Source of the DNA: Octopus sinensis
Taxonomy: Eukaryota
Reading direction: 5' to 3'
Assembly (NCBI RefSeq): GCF_006345805.1
Contig: NC_042999.1
Coordinates: forward strand, 17,546,001-17,610,000
Length of the DNA stretch: 64,000 nt
The position numbers and the translations under genes were made by a program. The notes under the pieces are model-generated. The model worked only from the letters and a program-made list of their open reading frames with translations, was not told the DNA's origin and made no database searches. Shown here one piece after another: positions 26,055-39,535 of the stretch. Each line of letters starts with the position of its first letter. The stretch's first letter is position 1.

Positions 26055-27150
26055 ATAACTGTATAGAATAATCGTAACAAGATAGATAGATAAATATAGC
26101 TGGGTTTTTACTAGTATAGCATTACTTTTTAAGTAGATAACTGCGAGTTCTCACACTATAGTTATCGTTTTCTTTATAACTGCACCTGATTTTGAGCATT
26201 AGGAAATAAATAGTACTCGTACGTTGCTTAAATGAGGGTTTATTTAATTCTTAAATCTTAATTATTAATTTTGAACTTAATCTAATTTAGGTAATACAAC
26301 TTTAATAAAATAAGTTACTAAAGCTTCACAATTCTATTACAAATTTAAATAAGTAAGGATACTCCCTTGAAAGTAGTATGAGAAATTCCAATATAATAGA
26401 CAATTCCATCACACCTTGTTAACTAAATTCTAAGTTTTGACCGGTAGTCTGTCAATGTATAGATAGTAACGGCAACAATTTTAAGACAGTAACAGGAATA
26501 AATAAATAATAAATTTAAATGACCTCTTGTTAAGGTTGCACTTAGATTTTTTCTCTTAATGTATTTCCTTTTGACGATAGCTTTTGACCCCTCTACCCCT
26601 GACCTTGTTATCTCTTTAGATTCTCTTTAGATTCATATCTGCTTTCATCTACGTCAGGTTGGTAGTAAATAGCTGTTTTACTGGTCAAAAATAATTTTCT
26701 CCTCATAGTTCCTGGATTCTTACAGATTCAAGCTAACCAGGCCGTCTACAAATTCTTCAGTAGTTGGTCACCTTAGAACCCCCTTCCCTCTAAGTTGTCA
26801 CAGTATACTCTATATATGCGTATTTTCTTTTCTCCCTTCTTTCCCTTTTTTCTTTTTCTTTTTCTTTTCTTCTCCCCGTTTTTCTTTTTTCTTTTTTCTT
26901 TGTTCTTTTTTTCCTTTTCTTTTCCTTTTTTCTTCTTCTTTTCCTTTTTCTTTTTCTTTTTTCCTTGTCTCTTTTCTTCTTCTTCCTTTCTTTTCTTTTC
27001 TTTGCTCCACAAAAAAATGCCGTCAGCTTTTAGAAGTCATAACATAGCAGTTTTGCGTGGAGAACAGTAATGTGGCAAATACCTTATCATATAGCATGAA
27101 ATGATTGTGGATTAACCATGGATAAATTCATCGTCTGTGAGTATGAAATT

Positions 27151-27355
27151 CCTTCTCATATCTCTGGAAATTTAAATCTACACTACGGATTAATTCACCT
27201 TTTCTGTGAAGCTAATAAGCTTTTAAAAACCTGTGATAAGTCTGTGCATCATCCTCCTCATATCTCTGGAAATTTAAATCTACACTACGGATTAATTCAC
27301 CTTCTGTGTGAAGCTAATAAGCTTTTAAGAACCTGTGATAAGACTGTGCATCATC
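27151..27355 (+). repeat. 2 x ~102-bp tandem duplication in the PLE 3' region
   Basis: CC(T/C)CTCATATCTCTGG... units start at 27151 and 27253. Confidence 0.85.
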
Positions 27356-27468
27356 ATTAAGGAACTTTGGAAATCTGTTTGCAACCTAAATCTGCCTTTA
27401 ATGAAATTATCTCCAATACTTCATGAGTATAGCCTCACCCGCTAAGATGTTTGGAGAACTCATATGTA

Positions 27469-27559
27469 TTTTAGCTGATGAGTACGGGACACTTTTATCT
27501 GCTGCAATTTTTGCAACTTGTAATAAAGCCTGTCTTTGTATGAAACAATTGTACTAAAA
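27469..27559 (+). ncRNA. Type I hammerhead ribozyme, intact core
   Basis: Stem I TTTTAG/CTAAAA; CTGATGA at 27475-81; stem II GTACGG-GACA/TGTC-T-TTGTAT; GAAA at 27542-45; palindromic stem III CAATTG; GUA cleavage after 27553. Confidence 0.85.
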
Positions 27560-27714
27560 ACTAATCCATTCTTGTTGCTTCTTTCTCGTTTATAATCACC
27601 CCACATTAATCTATGGTTAACACCATATAGTTTTCTGGTGCATCTAAGTTAAGTACCACATCCAAGTAAATTCATTGGAATTGACTTGAATCTTAATTGC
27701 TTTGATTGTATATA

Positions 27715-27809
<95 letters not shown>

Positions 27810-27811
<2 letters not shown>

Positions 27812-28217
27812 CGCTGGAGTGGCTGTGTGGTAAGTAGCTTGCTAACCAGCCACATGGTTCTGGGTTCAGTCCCACTGCGTGGTATCTAGGGCAAATGTCT
27901 TCTGCTATAGCCCCGGGCCGACCAATGCCTTGTGAGTGGATTTGGTAGACGGAAACTGAAAGAAGCCTGTCGTATATATATATATATATGTGTATGTATA
28001 TGTTTGTGTGTCTCTGTTTGTCCCTCTAGCATTGCTTGACAACCAATGCTGGTGTGTTTACGTCCCCGCCACTTAGCGATTCGGCAAAAGAGACCGATAG
28101 AATAAGTACTGGGCTTACAAAGAATAAGTCCCGGCGTTGATTTGCTCGACTAAAGGCGGTGCTCCAGCATGGCCGCAGTTAAATGACTGAAACAAGTAAA
28201 ACAGTAAAACAGTAAAA
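27810..28217 (+). mobile_element. SINE family B
   Basis: Same head, body and tail as 17024. Confidence 0.9.
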
Positions 28218-28370
28218 TAGTATATATATTATGGAGATGTACTTGCATAGCAAGTGACCAGATCTGAGATCGTGTGCTGGAACGAAAACAATTGCAGCGT
28301 GGAAGGTGTTTATGAGCCATTTAAGAAACACACAAAAACTGTTAGATTCACTTCAAAATTTAAATTTAAC

Positions 28371-28419
28371 TTGTCAAAATATTTTCGTCGCTTTGTGACC
28401 GCGACCTGTTCACTAACAA
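28371..28419 (-). ncRNA. Minimal hammerhead-like motif with a G3:C8 swapped core
   Basis: Minus strand: TTGTTA-GTGAACA-G-GTCGC(ggtcacaaa)GCGAC-GAAA-ATAT-TT-TGACAA. All three stems pair. Confidence 0.65.
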
Positions 28420-29565
28420 AATTCTGTACCCAATTTCTCTCTATAAGGCTTCAGTCGGTCCGAGGGTATAGTAGAAAACATTTGTACAAGGTGGAATGCA
28501 GTAGAACTGATCCCAGTTCCCTGAGGCTGGGAAGTAAGCTTCTTACTAGTCAGTGACGCTTCGGCTTAAACATACGTGTGTATGTGTGCGTGTCGATATA
28601 TGTATAATTGTTTGTGCATTTTTTTTTTCTGTGTATGTGCCAGATATATCAACAACCATCATAATTTGTAAGAGCTCTGTATGTGAACAGAATATACAGC
28701 CGCAACGATTATTGGTACGATGTCGTATCGTATTGTTAAGCAAACGTCTTCCAGTTTCAATAGGAATTAAGAAGCACAACATAAACCAGAGTTCGTAGGT
28801 CGTATCGTTTAACTCGTTAATCAAACTTCTCTGTCCATGGATGATTAGCTATTCAGAATTCATGTATATTAGAGTGTTGCTTGTATTCTTTCATGGTATT
28901 TATCAGTTGAGGTAAATTTACCTAACCTTTCACTTACACACGATCTCATTAGTATATGTATCTGTTGTAATTTTAATTATTTCTTTTATTGGTCACAGAT
29001 TCCTGTGACGTTGAGGACAGTACGTAAATGAAACACAAAGCCAAAATCAGAATAGGGAAATTACAGCGATTAGAGTTTTCTCTTCAACAGTAACAATAAA
29101 TTCATAGCAATAGGTAAGGAAACATTAATATCAAATACCATGTAAAATAGAATTAGAAGTAAAGCCTACAAAATGGACTGAGTTGGTGCAATTCACTAAG
29201 ACACTACCATAAGTAGATCCATTTGGCAACGTTATATTTTCTAGAATGCAGAAAACACCCGTCTGTGACATATCTACATGAAACCGTTTCACAATTTATT
29301 TCTCCCTTGACACGCATTATCATTGACCGAACTTTGTACTGTATGGTTAATTCTGTGTCACTTATATATATAAAAAAAAAATTATTAATTATTAATTTTC
29401 CCGTAGTTTTTCTATTCAGGCACCACATAAATAGGATGCGAGTATATATATTTTCCTTTCAGACTATTTTGTTTTCCTAATTAGAATTATTTAATGTGTG
29501 AGAGCGACTATGCTAGCAATGAGAAAAATCTTTCATGCCTGAGGGGTGAAGACGTAAAAAAAATT

Positions 29566-29965
29566 CGCAGGTATGTCTGTGTGGTAAGTATCTTGCTTAC
29601 CAGCCACATGGTTCCGGGTTCATTCCGACTGTGTGGTATCTTGTCTTCTACTATAGACACGGGCCGACCAATGCCTTGTGAGTGGATTTGATTGACGGAA
29701 ACTGAAAGAAGTCCGTCATATATATATGTATATATATATGTACGTGTGTATATGTTTCTGTGTCTGTGTTTATCCACACCAACATCGCTTGACAACCGAT
29801 GCTGGTGTGTTTACGTCAACGGAACTTAGCAGTTCGGCAAAAGAGCCCGATAAAGTAAGTACTAGGCTTCTAAATAATAAGTCCTGGGGTCGATTTGCTC
29901 GTCTAAAGGTGGTGCTCCATTTTGGCTGCAGTGAAATGATTGAAATAAGTAAAAGAGCAAAAAAG
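29566..29965 (+). mobile_element. SINE family B (diverged)
   Basis: Homologous to 17024. Confidence 0.85.
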
Positions 29966-32170
29966 AATAAAAGATAAAAAATGTGCAAAGCAGAATTTTG
30001 TCGACAATTTATAGATCTGTGGACTAGTCTAGTAATGTTATTCCGAAGCATTATGCTTCATTATACCACATATTTTATTAAGCGCATAGCGTGTTCTTTG
30101 AAGACCAGAAGAAAGTAGCAAAAGTGGTTAAGTTTTAAATGAATAGATCTTACTAAGAGTCAAGAAAGTGGAGGCTACCACGTTCGATGCTTTATATTCA
30201 GAGACATTCATGTAGAGTTTCTTCTAAAATACATTCCCAATTTTGCTATATTGCAGAAATTATTTTGTTCTTGAAATTGATGCTGGAATTTAATCTTTAT
30301 ATTTCTGGCTATATACGTCTCATATGTTTTATTATTGCTAAATTAATTAGATCGAGCTAAAGCTCACATTTTAATTAATTTTTTTAGTTGTATGTTTTCC
30401 GTTTATATTACCCTTAATATCTTGGGCTCATGTGGTCATTCCATAAAAATGATTACTAATTATGGGTTTTAGAATTGTTGTGGATGTTGCAGTAGTAATC
30501 ATTGCTGTTCTTGTCACTGTTACCACTACTGACGCAATGGATGGGCAGAATCTTTAGATCGTCAGAGAAAACTCTCTTCAGAATTTTTTCTGCTTCACAC
30601 TCTAAGTTCTACTCTCGCTGACGTCAATGTTGTCTTCATTTCTCTCACTCAAAAGAATAATGGATCAGTCTAAGAACTCCATCTTTGGCATGAAGTTAAT
30701 CCCACATATCTCCTCTAGGCAAAGTTTTTGCCCTTATATATTAATTGAGAGAAAATTGCATTATTTTTCTTCTTTGTCTTTCTGTTTACCGGGTGTTTAT
30801 TCTTAATTTTCAAACAGTTTTCAACATTATTTCTGAATAACGAAAAAAATAATTTAAACAGTACTCATTCATTACTACATAATATCAGACTATCCCCGTA
30901 TGAGATTATCGACTTCAAGTTTTATATGAAGCTAGTAAAATACAATTCTCCTTGTGTATTATTTCATTCAATTATCAATTGTTTGTTTATATAATGTTGA
31001 TCATGAAAAAATGCTTTGTAAATAATTTGTTTACTGGACGTATTTTCTATTATTTCATAAGAGTCACATAATGAACTTTACGGCGCTGAGTGCTTTGCAA
31101 ATACAACGCAAATAATGAGGCTACCTAGATATTTCTGTAAGAAAAAGACAGGTAAATGACAGGAAGTGTTGATTAATTTATGGGTGACATTTGAAGGCAT
31201 TCTTAATATGACAGAATCTCAGGAGAACAAATTCTACTTCAAGCCTTTACACATTTGTTCTCTTTAGGTGAGATCATATTATCAGATAAATTTTTCTAAG
31301 ATTGCGCAGGTGTTCCTGTGTAGTAATAATTTTGCTTCCCAAACAAATGGTTCAGCTTCACTGCATAGCAACTCGGGCAAATATATTCTACTATAGCTTC
31401 GACCGAACAGAATCTTGTGGGTGGATTTGGCATGAAAGAGTTTTATTTTCATATTTAAACGTTTCCCCTGCACGAATTCAAAAGTTAAATAAGTCTATGT
31501 TTATATACATAGAAATACATAAATATTCATAATTCGACACATACACAAAACACAAACACACACACATTTACACATATTTGTCCAATTCATCAATCATTTT
31601 TGTTTTAAATTTATTTGAAACGATTCGATCTATGTCTGCCCTCTTATATCTCTAATGAATTATATCAAAACAGAGATGTTAGTCGTAAATTATCTATTAG
31701 ACTGAAGGATATGTTATGTGGATTCCTAAATCAAGTACAAAAATAATCTCTCGCTGTATCGGTGCAATAACTTTCAGGCCAATTAGAGCTATTGCCGCTA
31801 AGTTGACCATAAATCAATACAATTAAATAAGAGCCAAAATTCACAGCATATTTGTGTTATATATATATCTATATATATTATTCACTCTTACGGTACGATT
31901 AGATTTATGTCCTGCTATGGGAATTGAACGGTTGTAAAGACAGGCTTATAAGTATGCCCAGAGAAGTTTGGAAATCATCGATTTATTTTCCAATATATTG
32001 AATAGAAAATTTCACACATTTTCAGCTCATAAATCGGGAATAGATTTTAAAAAAATGAATTCTCCACAAGTCATATCACACTCACCCACTCTTTCTCTTT
32101 TATGTACATTTGTGTCCTTTGTATATGCATACACACGCACACATATATAGATACGAATAGATATATATAT

Positions 32171-32221
<51 letters not shown>

Positions 32222-32411
32222 ATATTATATATATATATATATATATATCTATATATTTAGGGTACTACTATTCGTAGATACCAACACGCTAAGTACCCTC
32301 AATATAATATAAATGAATATTTTCAAAGAGGAAGAATTACGGATTTTTTCTCTTACGAGGTTTTTCACGCTGACTGCTGATAATTTCTTTTAAAGATTTT
32401 ATCCTCAATTG

Positions 32412-32466
<55 letters not shown>

Positions 32467-32648
32467 ATATATAGTCATTACAGATATAGGGTGAAATATA
32501 ATTAATTTGATAAAATGAGCAAATTTCACATACCAGTATTTCGGTCTGGAAAAGGACCATATTCGATAAAAATTTATATAATTATAATAATAAGGGTTTT
32601 CTGTAACAAGTTGCTTAACCACATACCGAAAATTTCTAAAATTTTCGG

Positions 32649-32701
<53 letters not shown>

Positions 32702-32785
32702 ATTTCGCAGTATCGATCAGACGATCAGATGTTGTTTTACATCGCTAGTCACAATCCGCTTCTAATTCTGTCTTGATTGTGCCGT

Positions 32786-32871
<86 letters not shown>

Positions 32872-34194
32872 AATATATATAGTTGTATAAACATATAGGT
32901 AAATGCTTGTATATATACGTGTATGTGTGTTTGTGTGTGTATGTGTAATCATATATCATATAAGTTTATGCCTTTTTTTATTGACATAAATTTAAAATGT
33001 GATATGGCTAAGTTGTTTGTCTATGCGTGATGGGCGTCTGTGTATTCTGTATAAACCGCACAACAAATAGTAATCGGAAGATGTTTATATATATTTATTC
33101 AAAAAAAAAAAAAAGAAAAGAAAAGAAAAACATTGCATACCACTGAGTGTATATAGCATTCGCTTTCAGATACTTCTAACAGGAAACATATGTCGCATTA
33201 TTGATACCAAAGAACAATTCCAAAGCCCGAATAGCCTCCTCGGTCTAAAAACAATAATTTGTAGAAGTAATTCGTTATCCTTAGTAATAGATAGTACTTT
33301 GGTACCTTCAGCTAGAATAGAACCCTTATTCCTATAAAGAAACACTACTAACATTTTAGAAGTGTGTGATAACGCTTCTAATGTTTGAATTTAATTAGTA
33401 AAAGGACCCAAAGTATGTTGAAACTGATAATGTTTACATTTATACGTTCGCACAGTTTTGCACACTAGGATATGAATAGTAATCATTGCAGTATTTTGAT
33501 CACAAAACAAAACTTTTTCCTATAGTTTTACGCTTGAAATCAATTCATTCGCGAATTATCATCTGTGTTTTGGTGTGTTCTTACTGTATCCGAGATAAAC
33601 ACAACGTTGTGTATACGAACCTATACAAGTGCTTCTATTTCTGTAGAAAGTGCAGGAAAGAATACATTTTCTTGAATGTGATAAGGCTTCTCAAGATTCA
33701 GCTAATTCATTATAACTACACGAAGGAAGAAAATTGTTATTCGAGCGAATAACCCAACAGCTACTGTCATTGATACATCGGTAACGCTAAAGCCAGACAC
33801 TCATGTATATGAGCCCCCCTACGCTTACACTGCGTATGCTGAATAAATTCTTTTTTCATGCATCGGCACACACCAGCTCATGATTTATTTCTAGTTTTCT
33901 ATGGAGGGATGGAAATTCATGTCTAGACCCATATCACTATATCTTTATGTAGTTTCCGAAGGGCGAAATTGCATCGAAACATTTTGTCTGGTACTAATCT
34001 GACGACATAAATTTGCATTGTTCATGTCCAAAAATTTATAGGTAGAAATTTTTCTCAGAAACAAAACGCTGAATGTTTAGATATATTTCTTTCGAATTTC
34101 TCTCGTTAGTAACATAGCTTATGCATTCTATGAGCCCCATCATCATCATCATCATCATCATCTTCATATAAGAACGATCTCTTAGATACATATG

Positions 34195-34223
<29 letters not shown>

Positions 34224-34225
<2 letters not shown>

Positions 34226-34351
34226 GAGTGGCAATGTGGTAAATAGCTTGCTTACTAACCACATTTTGAGTCCCACTGCATGGCATCTTGGGAAAGTGTC
34301 TTCTACTATAGCCTCGGGCCGACGAAAGCCTTGTGAACGGAAGCCCGTCGC

Positions 34352-34438
<87 letters not shown>

Positions 34439-34560
34439 GTGTGTGTGTGTGGTGTGTGTGTCTGTCACCCCAACATCGCTTGAGAACTGACGCTGGTGTG
34501 TTTATTTCCCCGTAACTTAGCGGTTTGGCGGCATGCAAATGACTGAAATAGATTAAAGAA
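34224..34560 (+). mobile_element. SINE family B with internal (TA)n
   Basis: Homologous to 17024. Confidence 0.85.
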
Positions 34561-35107
34561 AAAAAATACATACACACACACTCACGTGTTTGGTGGTGTC
34601 CAATATTGCCAACATGGATTAGCTTGCATTATCAATAACAGACACTGTACTTTAGACAATCCCACAGATATGCTTTAATCTTTGTTCTACAAAATTACTT
34701 TTTATTCAGCCAAATTCAAATATATACCAGGAATAAACTATGAGCTGTAAAATTTCTATTTCCAGCTACTTGCAGTTGTATGCGATTCCATATATGTTTG
34801 TGAATGGAATCACATATTTTTGATCCCCAATCTTTTAGCTGAATGCATGTTTATACGATCGTTATTCTCTCCCTTTACTCTTTCCCCTGTTATTCTGCAC
34901 TATAATCAACGTGGTCATTATCGTTATTTACAAATTGACCAATAAGAAAGTTGTTAATATTTGAAATATTATTCTTACATTTATATATATATATATAGAT
35001 TAGTAATAGTTTAAGTATTACTACTCTGATAATCATTACTATGAGTATCATAGCCAATAATAATGCTGTTTCTGTGAATAATAATAACATAAGAAAGGCG
35101 GTGATGG

Positions 35108-35400
35108 AGGGGCAACGGTCCCGTGGTTAGGGCAGCGGACTCGAGGTCGGAGAATCGCTTTTCGATTCCCAGACCCGACATTGTGTGTGTTTATTGAGCG
35201 AAAACACCTAAGGCTCCACGAGGTTCTGGCATGGGGTGGTGGTGACCCCTGTTTTACTCTTTCGCCCCAAATTTCTTTCTGTATTTCGTCCTGTTTCTTG
35301 AGTGACGCTGCGATGGACAGGCGTCCAGACCAGCTGGGGGGAACACATACGCCATAGAAACCGGGAAACCGGGCCCATGAGCCTGACTAGCCTTGAAAAG
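35108..35400 (+). mobile_element. SINE family C
   Basis: GTGGTTAGGGCAGCGGACTCG ... TTCGATTCCCAGACC ... GTTTATTGAGCGAAAACACCTAA. Confidence 0.8.
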
Positions 35401-38370
35401 GGCGAAGGAAGAAAGAAAGGCGGTGAACCGTGAGACATGTTACCTCTCTGGGGTAAATGTTTAGCGACATTTCTACGGTGTGTGTATTGTGATTTCAAAT
35501 TACCCATAGGACGTGGTTACCTTTCATCATTTCGGGGTGTTTAAAATAAGTACCAGCTAGGCACATTTACCTATCAACCTCTCTCCCGAAAACACTGGGC
35601 TTGTGCCAAAGATTGAAACCAATATTAATAACATAATTACTACATTTATGAATATTTGTATTATAAATATCATTCGTAAGTGTCATTATTACTTTGACGA
35701 TATTAATACTACTTGAGATGTGTTGTCTACATGAATAACACCATTTAATATTAATTTAATTAATAGTAACATCTTGGCTATCTTAATTGCTTTCTTTATC
35801 AATGAGTTCATAATTTTTCTAATCGTTTTCATAATGATTGCCGATAATGAGTTTAATATCATGCTATATAACTATAGCTGAATGAATAGTTAGATATCTA
35901 AGGAATCGTATTACAGCTTAAATTGCTTGTTTAGAAAGTGGTTTACCTTTTTTCCTGCTATTAATCTGGTATTACTTTATAACATGTGCATATAATATGA
36001 AATTACTTCCATTACTGTTTAGTAAGATGGGCAAAGGAAGATTATACATTATGAATGTTACAGAAAAAAGAAAAAAAAATGATTTTCATGCCGAAATTTT
36101 GCTGTTTGACGCTTATTAGGTCAGACTGGCTCTATAATAGAATAAAAGATGTTTCTTTTTTTTTCTCAGAAAAGAAATAATCCCCGACGAAATGGATTAA
36201 ATACACTATTTCTATCAGTATAGTAACTGCAATAAGATCTGCTGCAATGCACATACTTCACCTAGATGAATGTAGAACACAGGATGTTAAATTTCTCATT
36301 GTCAGTTTTCAGTATTCGATGTTGTTTACTGGTACTGTATAGACTTTTTTCTTTTTATTTCTGTATGTGAAACTTTAGGAATGACCTTTCAGTAACTGCT
36401 CTCTGAAAGTTCCTTTGCACATGCTGCTGTATGATGTAAGAGGTAGTGCGTTTCTTCAGATCAAGTTCTTTAGTCCATACGTAAGGGGAATATTACACAT
36501 GAACAAAAAGCTATTCGGAATAAACACAATTTGGAATGAAAATTAAAAGGATATATATGTAAAATAGAAATATATGAAGACTTACCTGATCAAAGAAGGA
36601 TGAATGATTTTACATGTTAAGCAACTTAATCGTACTGATATACAAAAACGCAACCGTTGAAATCTGTGATGGTCAGGCGGTTATAAAATTTGCTGTTTAT
36701 ACATAACAAATTTCCGAATGAATTTCAGATTGTTGTTTTCTTTAAATGGCCGTTTATATATTGATTATAAACTTCTTTAAATGTCTTCCAATAGGTTTCC
36801 TGGTAGCATGTACAATATGTATAGCAACGGAAGATAAAATCCTGATATATGCTTTAATTTTGATAAGCATAGCGTGTGATATAGTCATTAACTCTGTGGT
36901 AATTGATCAAAATATAATACTTCAGGAAATACGAAACATTTGCAAATTAATTGCATGTGAATGGTGTAGGGAGTGATGAGAGTATTTTGTAAGTTGTTAT
37001 GATATTCTCTACGTATCATCGATATCCATAGCTATGATATTCTTGATTTTTTATAAATACTTTTATTTTGGTTGGGTAATTTTGTTTTCTTTGTCTTTTA
37101 TGAAAACTGTTAAATCTAGTTCGAAACAGCTTTATATACTGAAATATTCATTATTTTTATCGCCACTATCCAGGTATTGATATATTTATAATTTAGACTT
37201 TGATAATTGATATAATTAAAATTTTGGCATTGATACTTTTTCAAATTTATAAAAAGAATTCAATGACAAAGTGGTCATAATTGCTTACCACTTTAAAGGT
37301 TTTTATCGTAAAAAAAATCAACTCTTATAATTATATCTTTCAAGTGTGTTTCATATTCCGTCAATCACTTGTGCCAAAGCCGCTAAGGTAAAAAAATGTA
37401 AGCGTATGAATGGCGGCTGTTAAAGCCGTAGACGGTAAAATCAAACACAAGTCATTAGTGGTTCCGAGGCTATAAAAGTAGTCCCTTTTTCGAAGTACAG
37501 TGCATTGGAAATGAACCTGAAACATTTAACTACACAGTCATATCTGCGCTTGATGTAAAATACATTTATTTACAATCTCTATCGTTCGCTGAATTAGGGT
37601 TAAGAAATTGCTAAGCAATTTTCACTTTGAAATGCATTATTTTTACTCAATCGTCATGTCTTTCTTAGTAAATTTCTAGCGAATTCTCTTAACAAAAGCA
37701 AAGTTAGATATCTGCTTTTTACTATGCATGAAGTACAACACAAAACATCATAATATTAAAATTTCTCACATATTCGAATATCCATTCTGTATAATTATGT
37801 TTCTATATTAATAAAATCTGTCAATGTATTCTATTTGTCTTCCCAAATAAAATATTTTATATTTTAGAATATTTCTATTAGTATATTTACTTTTATTTTA
37901 TGCTTTCTATTTTTACACTTTTGCATTTGAAATTTATGTATCTGAATTTATTTTTATATCAGTATCATGCAAATTTCTATATTCTCTTCTTAGCTTAATT
38001 TTGCATACTGTAAATGTAGTATCAGGCAAACATCTACATTTTCAATAACTTTGCCTTGCCCATGTTGGATTGTATAGCACGTGTATCTCACGAAGTTACA
38101 TCACGTGTATATTATAGCTGAATATACACTAGTTTCTGAAAGCTTTTTAATACAACGCCGATTAAAAGTAGGCACATTACTGCATCAAAGTTTATGTTAT
38201 TCGTGGATTATGAATCGGTACGTGTAAAAAGGGGATGATTTTGTTTACGCGGTGTCAGCAAAAGTACGATATTCTTCATAAATGTGAATGCGTGAATATG
38301 AAGCACACACAGATGCTTACATAGACAATAGAATGACTAGTTGTCAACATAATTTGGCAGCCTCAGGATG

Positions 38371-38768
38371 GGACGAATATTACTGTTATTTAACCCCAGG
38401 AAATATCGTTTCCAGCTGCCTATACGGCACGAAAAATCCTGTCCTGATATTTTCGAAATGGTGAGATCAGTAGCTTCACCCAGTATAACTTGCCGTCCAC
38501 GTTTCAGTTTCTGTGTTATTGCATTTTATCAGCATGAATAGATTTGTTGGCAAGATGTCACCATTGAACTGCTGTCGAAAATATATAGGTTTCAAAGTGA
38601 CACACAGTCACTGATCTACAAAATAGAATTTTCTTTTTTTCTAATAGCACCAGAAAGTAATGAGCTTTAGCCAACGTAATGTTACTGTTATATAGCCCCA
38701 AATATGAAGACACAAATAGCCAGCTGGAAAAGATCTTTCCTGGGACTAAATAACAGTAACATTAGTCC
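38371..38768. mobile_element. MITE-like element with ~48-bp imperfect TIRs
   Basis: GGACGAATATTACTGTTATTTAACCCCAGGAAATATCGTTTCCAGCTG versus the reverse complement of 38721-38768, GGACTAATGTTACTGTTATTTAGTCCCAGGAAAGATCTTTTCCAGCTG. Confidence 0.6.
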
Positions 38769-39213
38769 ACTCATAATACTACCACATTATATTGGTAAAA
38801 AATCATTACTTTATGGTGTTGTTGCTGTATATCTCTGTTTGGGAGATTTAGAAATTCTTTGGGTTTAGTAGATTTAAATGGAGCACATAATAAATATATA
38901 ATATATAATCGGTTATTATTACAAAAAGCCTGTGTGTGTCGCTCTTCTCCGTATTTTACAACTTTCGTGCTTATTTACAAATATATATGAAATATATACA
39001 GTAAACTAGAATTATATATACTTTAAAATTGTCTGAAATCGATGTGTGGGCAACGTAGCTAAATTGGGTGCGTACTGAGGCATGTAATTACAGATGTGTT
39101 CAATTCCCACTGGTTCGGCCCATAATTTTACGGTCAATTGATCACGTTTAATCGCGTTAAAAGGAACATGTATTAACTAAATAATATATCATTATAGTTA
39201 TTATTAAAAAGGG

Positions 39214-39383
39214 ACATGCTTACAAATATTTAAGATTAGTAAATGAAGCTTAATAATCACCGAATAATATTAAACGTTGTAGTGGAAAGGATTCATACGG
39301 CGGCGAATTGGTAGAATGTTTGGGAGTGTATTTCTGCATTTATTTGTTTCCATTTGATATCAGTGAGTCTCAGTATTCTTATA
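39214..39383 (+). repeat. 170-bp segment duplicated in inverted orientation at 42916-43086
   Basis: Only one substitution and one 1-bp indel seen between the copies. Confidence 0.92.
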
Positions 39384-39458
39384 TGCGTCGTCAACAGTTC
39401 CATGGGGTTGTACCGAACAGCGCCGACATATAATGTAAAATAACAATAGTAATAAGTA

Positions 39459-39533
<75 letters not shown>

Positions 39534-39535
<2 letters not shown>

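Larger units (their letters stand above)
24924..27589 (+). mobile_element. PLE (Naiad-like) 3' half, right arm of the palindrome
   Basis: Linker, GIY-YIG remnant, a 1.5-kb 3' region and a terminal HHR; near-identical inverted copy at 22217-24880. Confidence 0.9.

Noticed and set aside
33950-33995. HHR-like GCATC-GAAA-CATTTTG-TC
   Set aside because: The 5' core and stem I cannot be matched; too degenerate.
36580-36720. Minus-strand CAG|GTAAGT donor with an open frame upstream
   Set aside because: No recognisable peptide or matching acceptor; such motifs are expected by chance in 64 kb.
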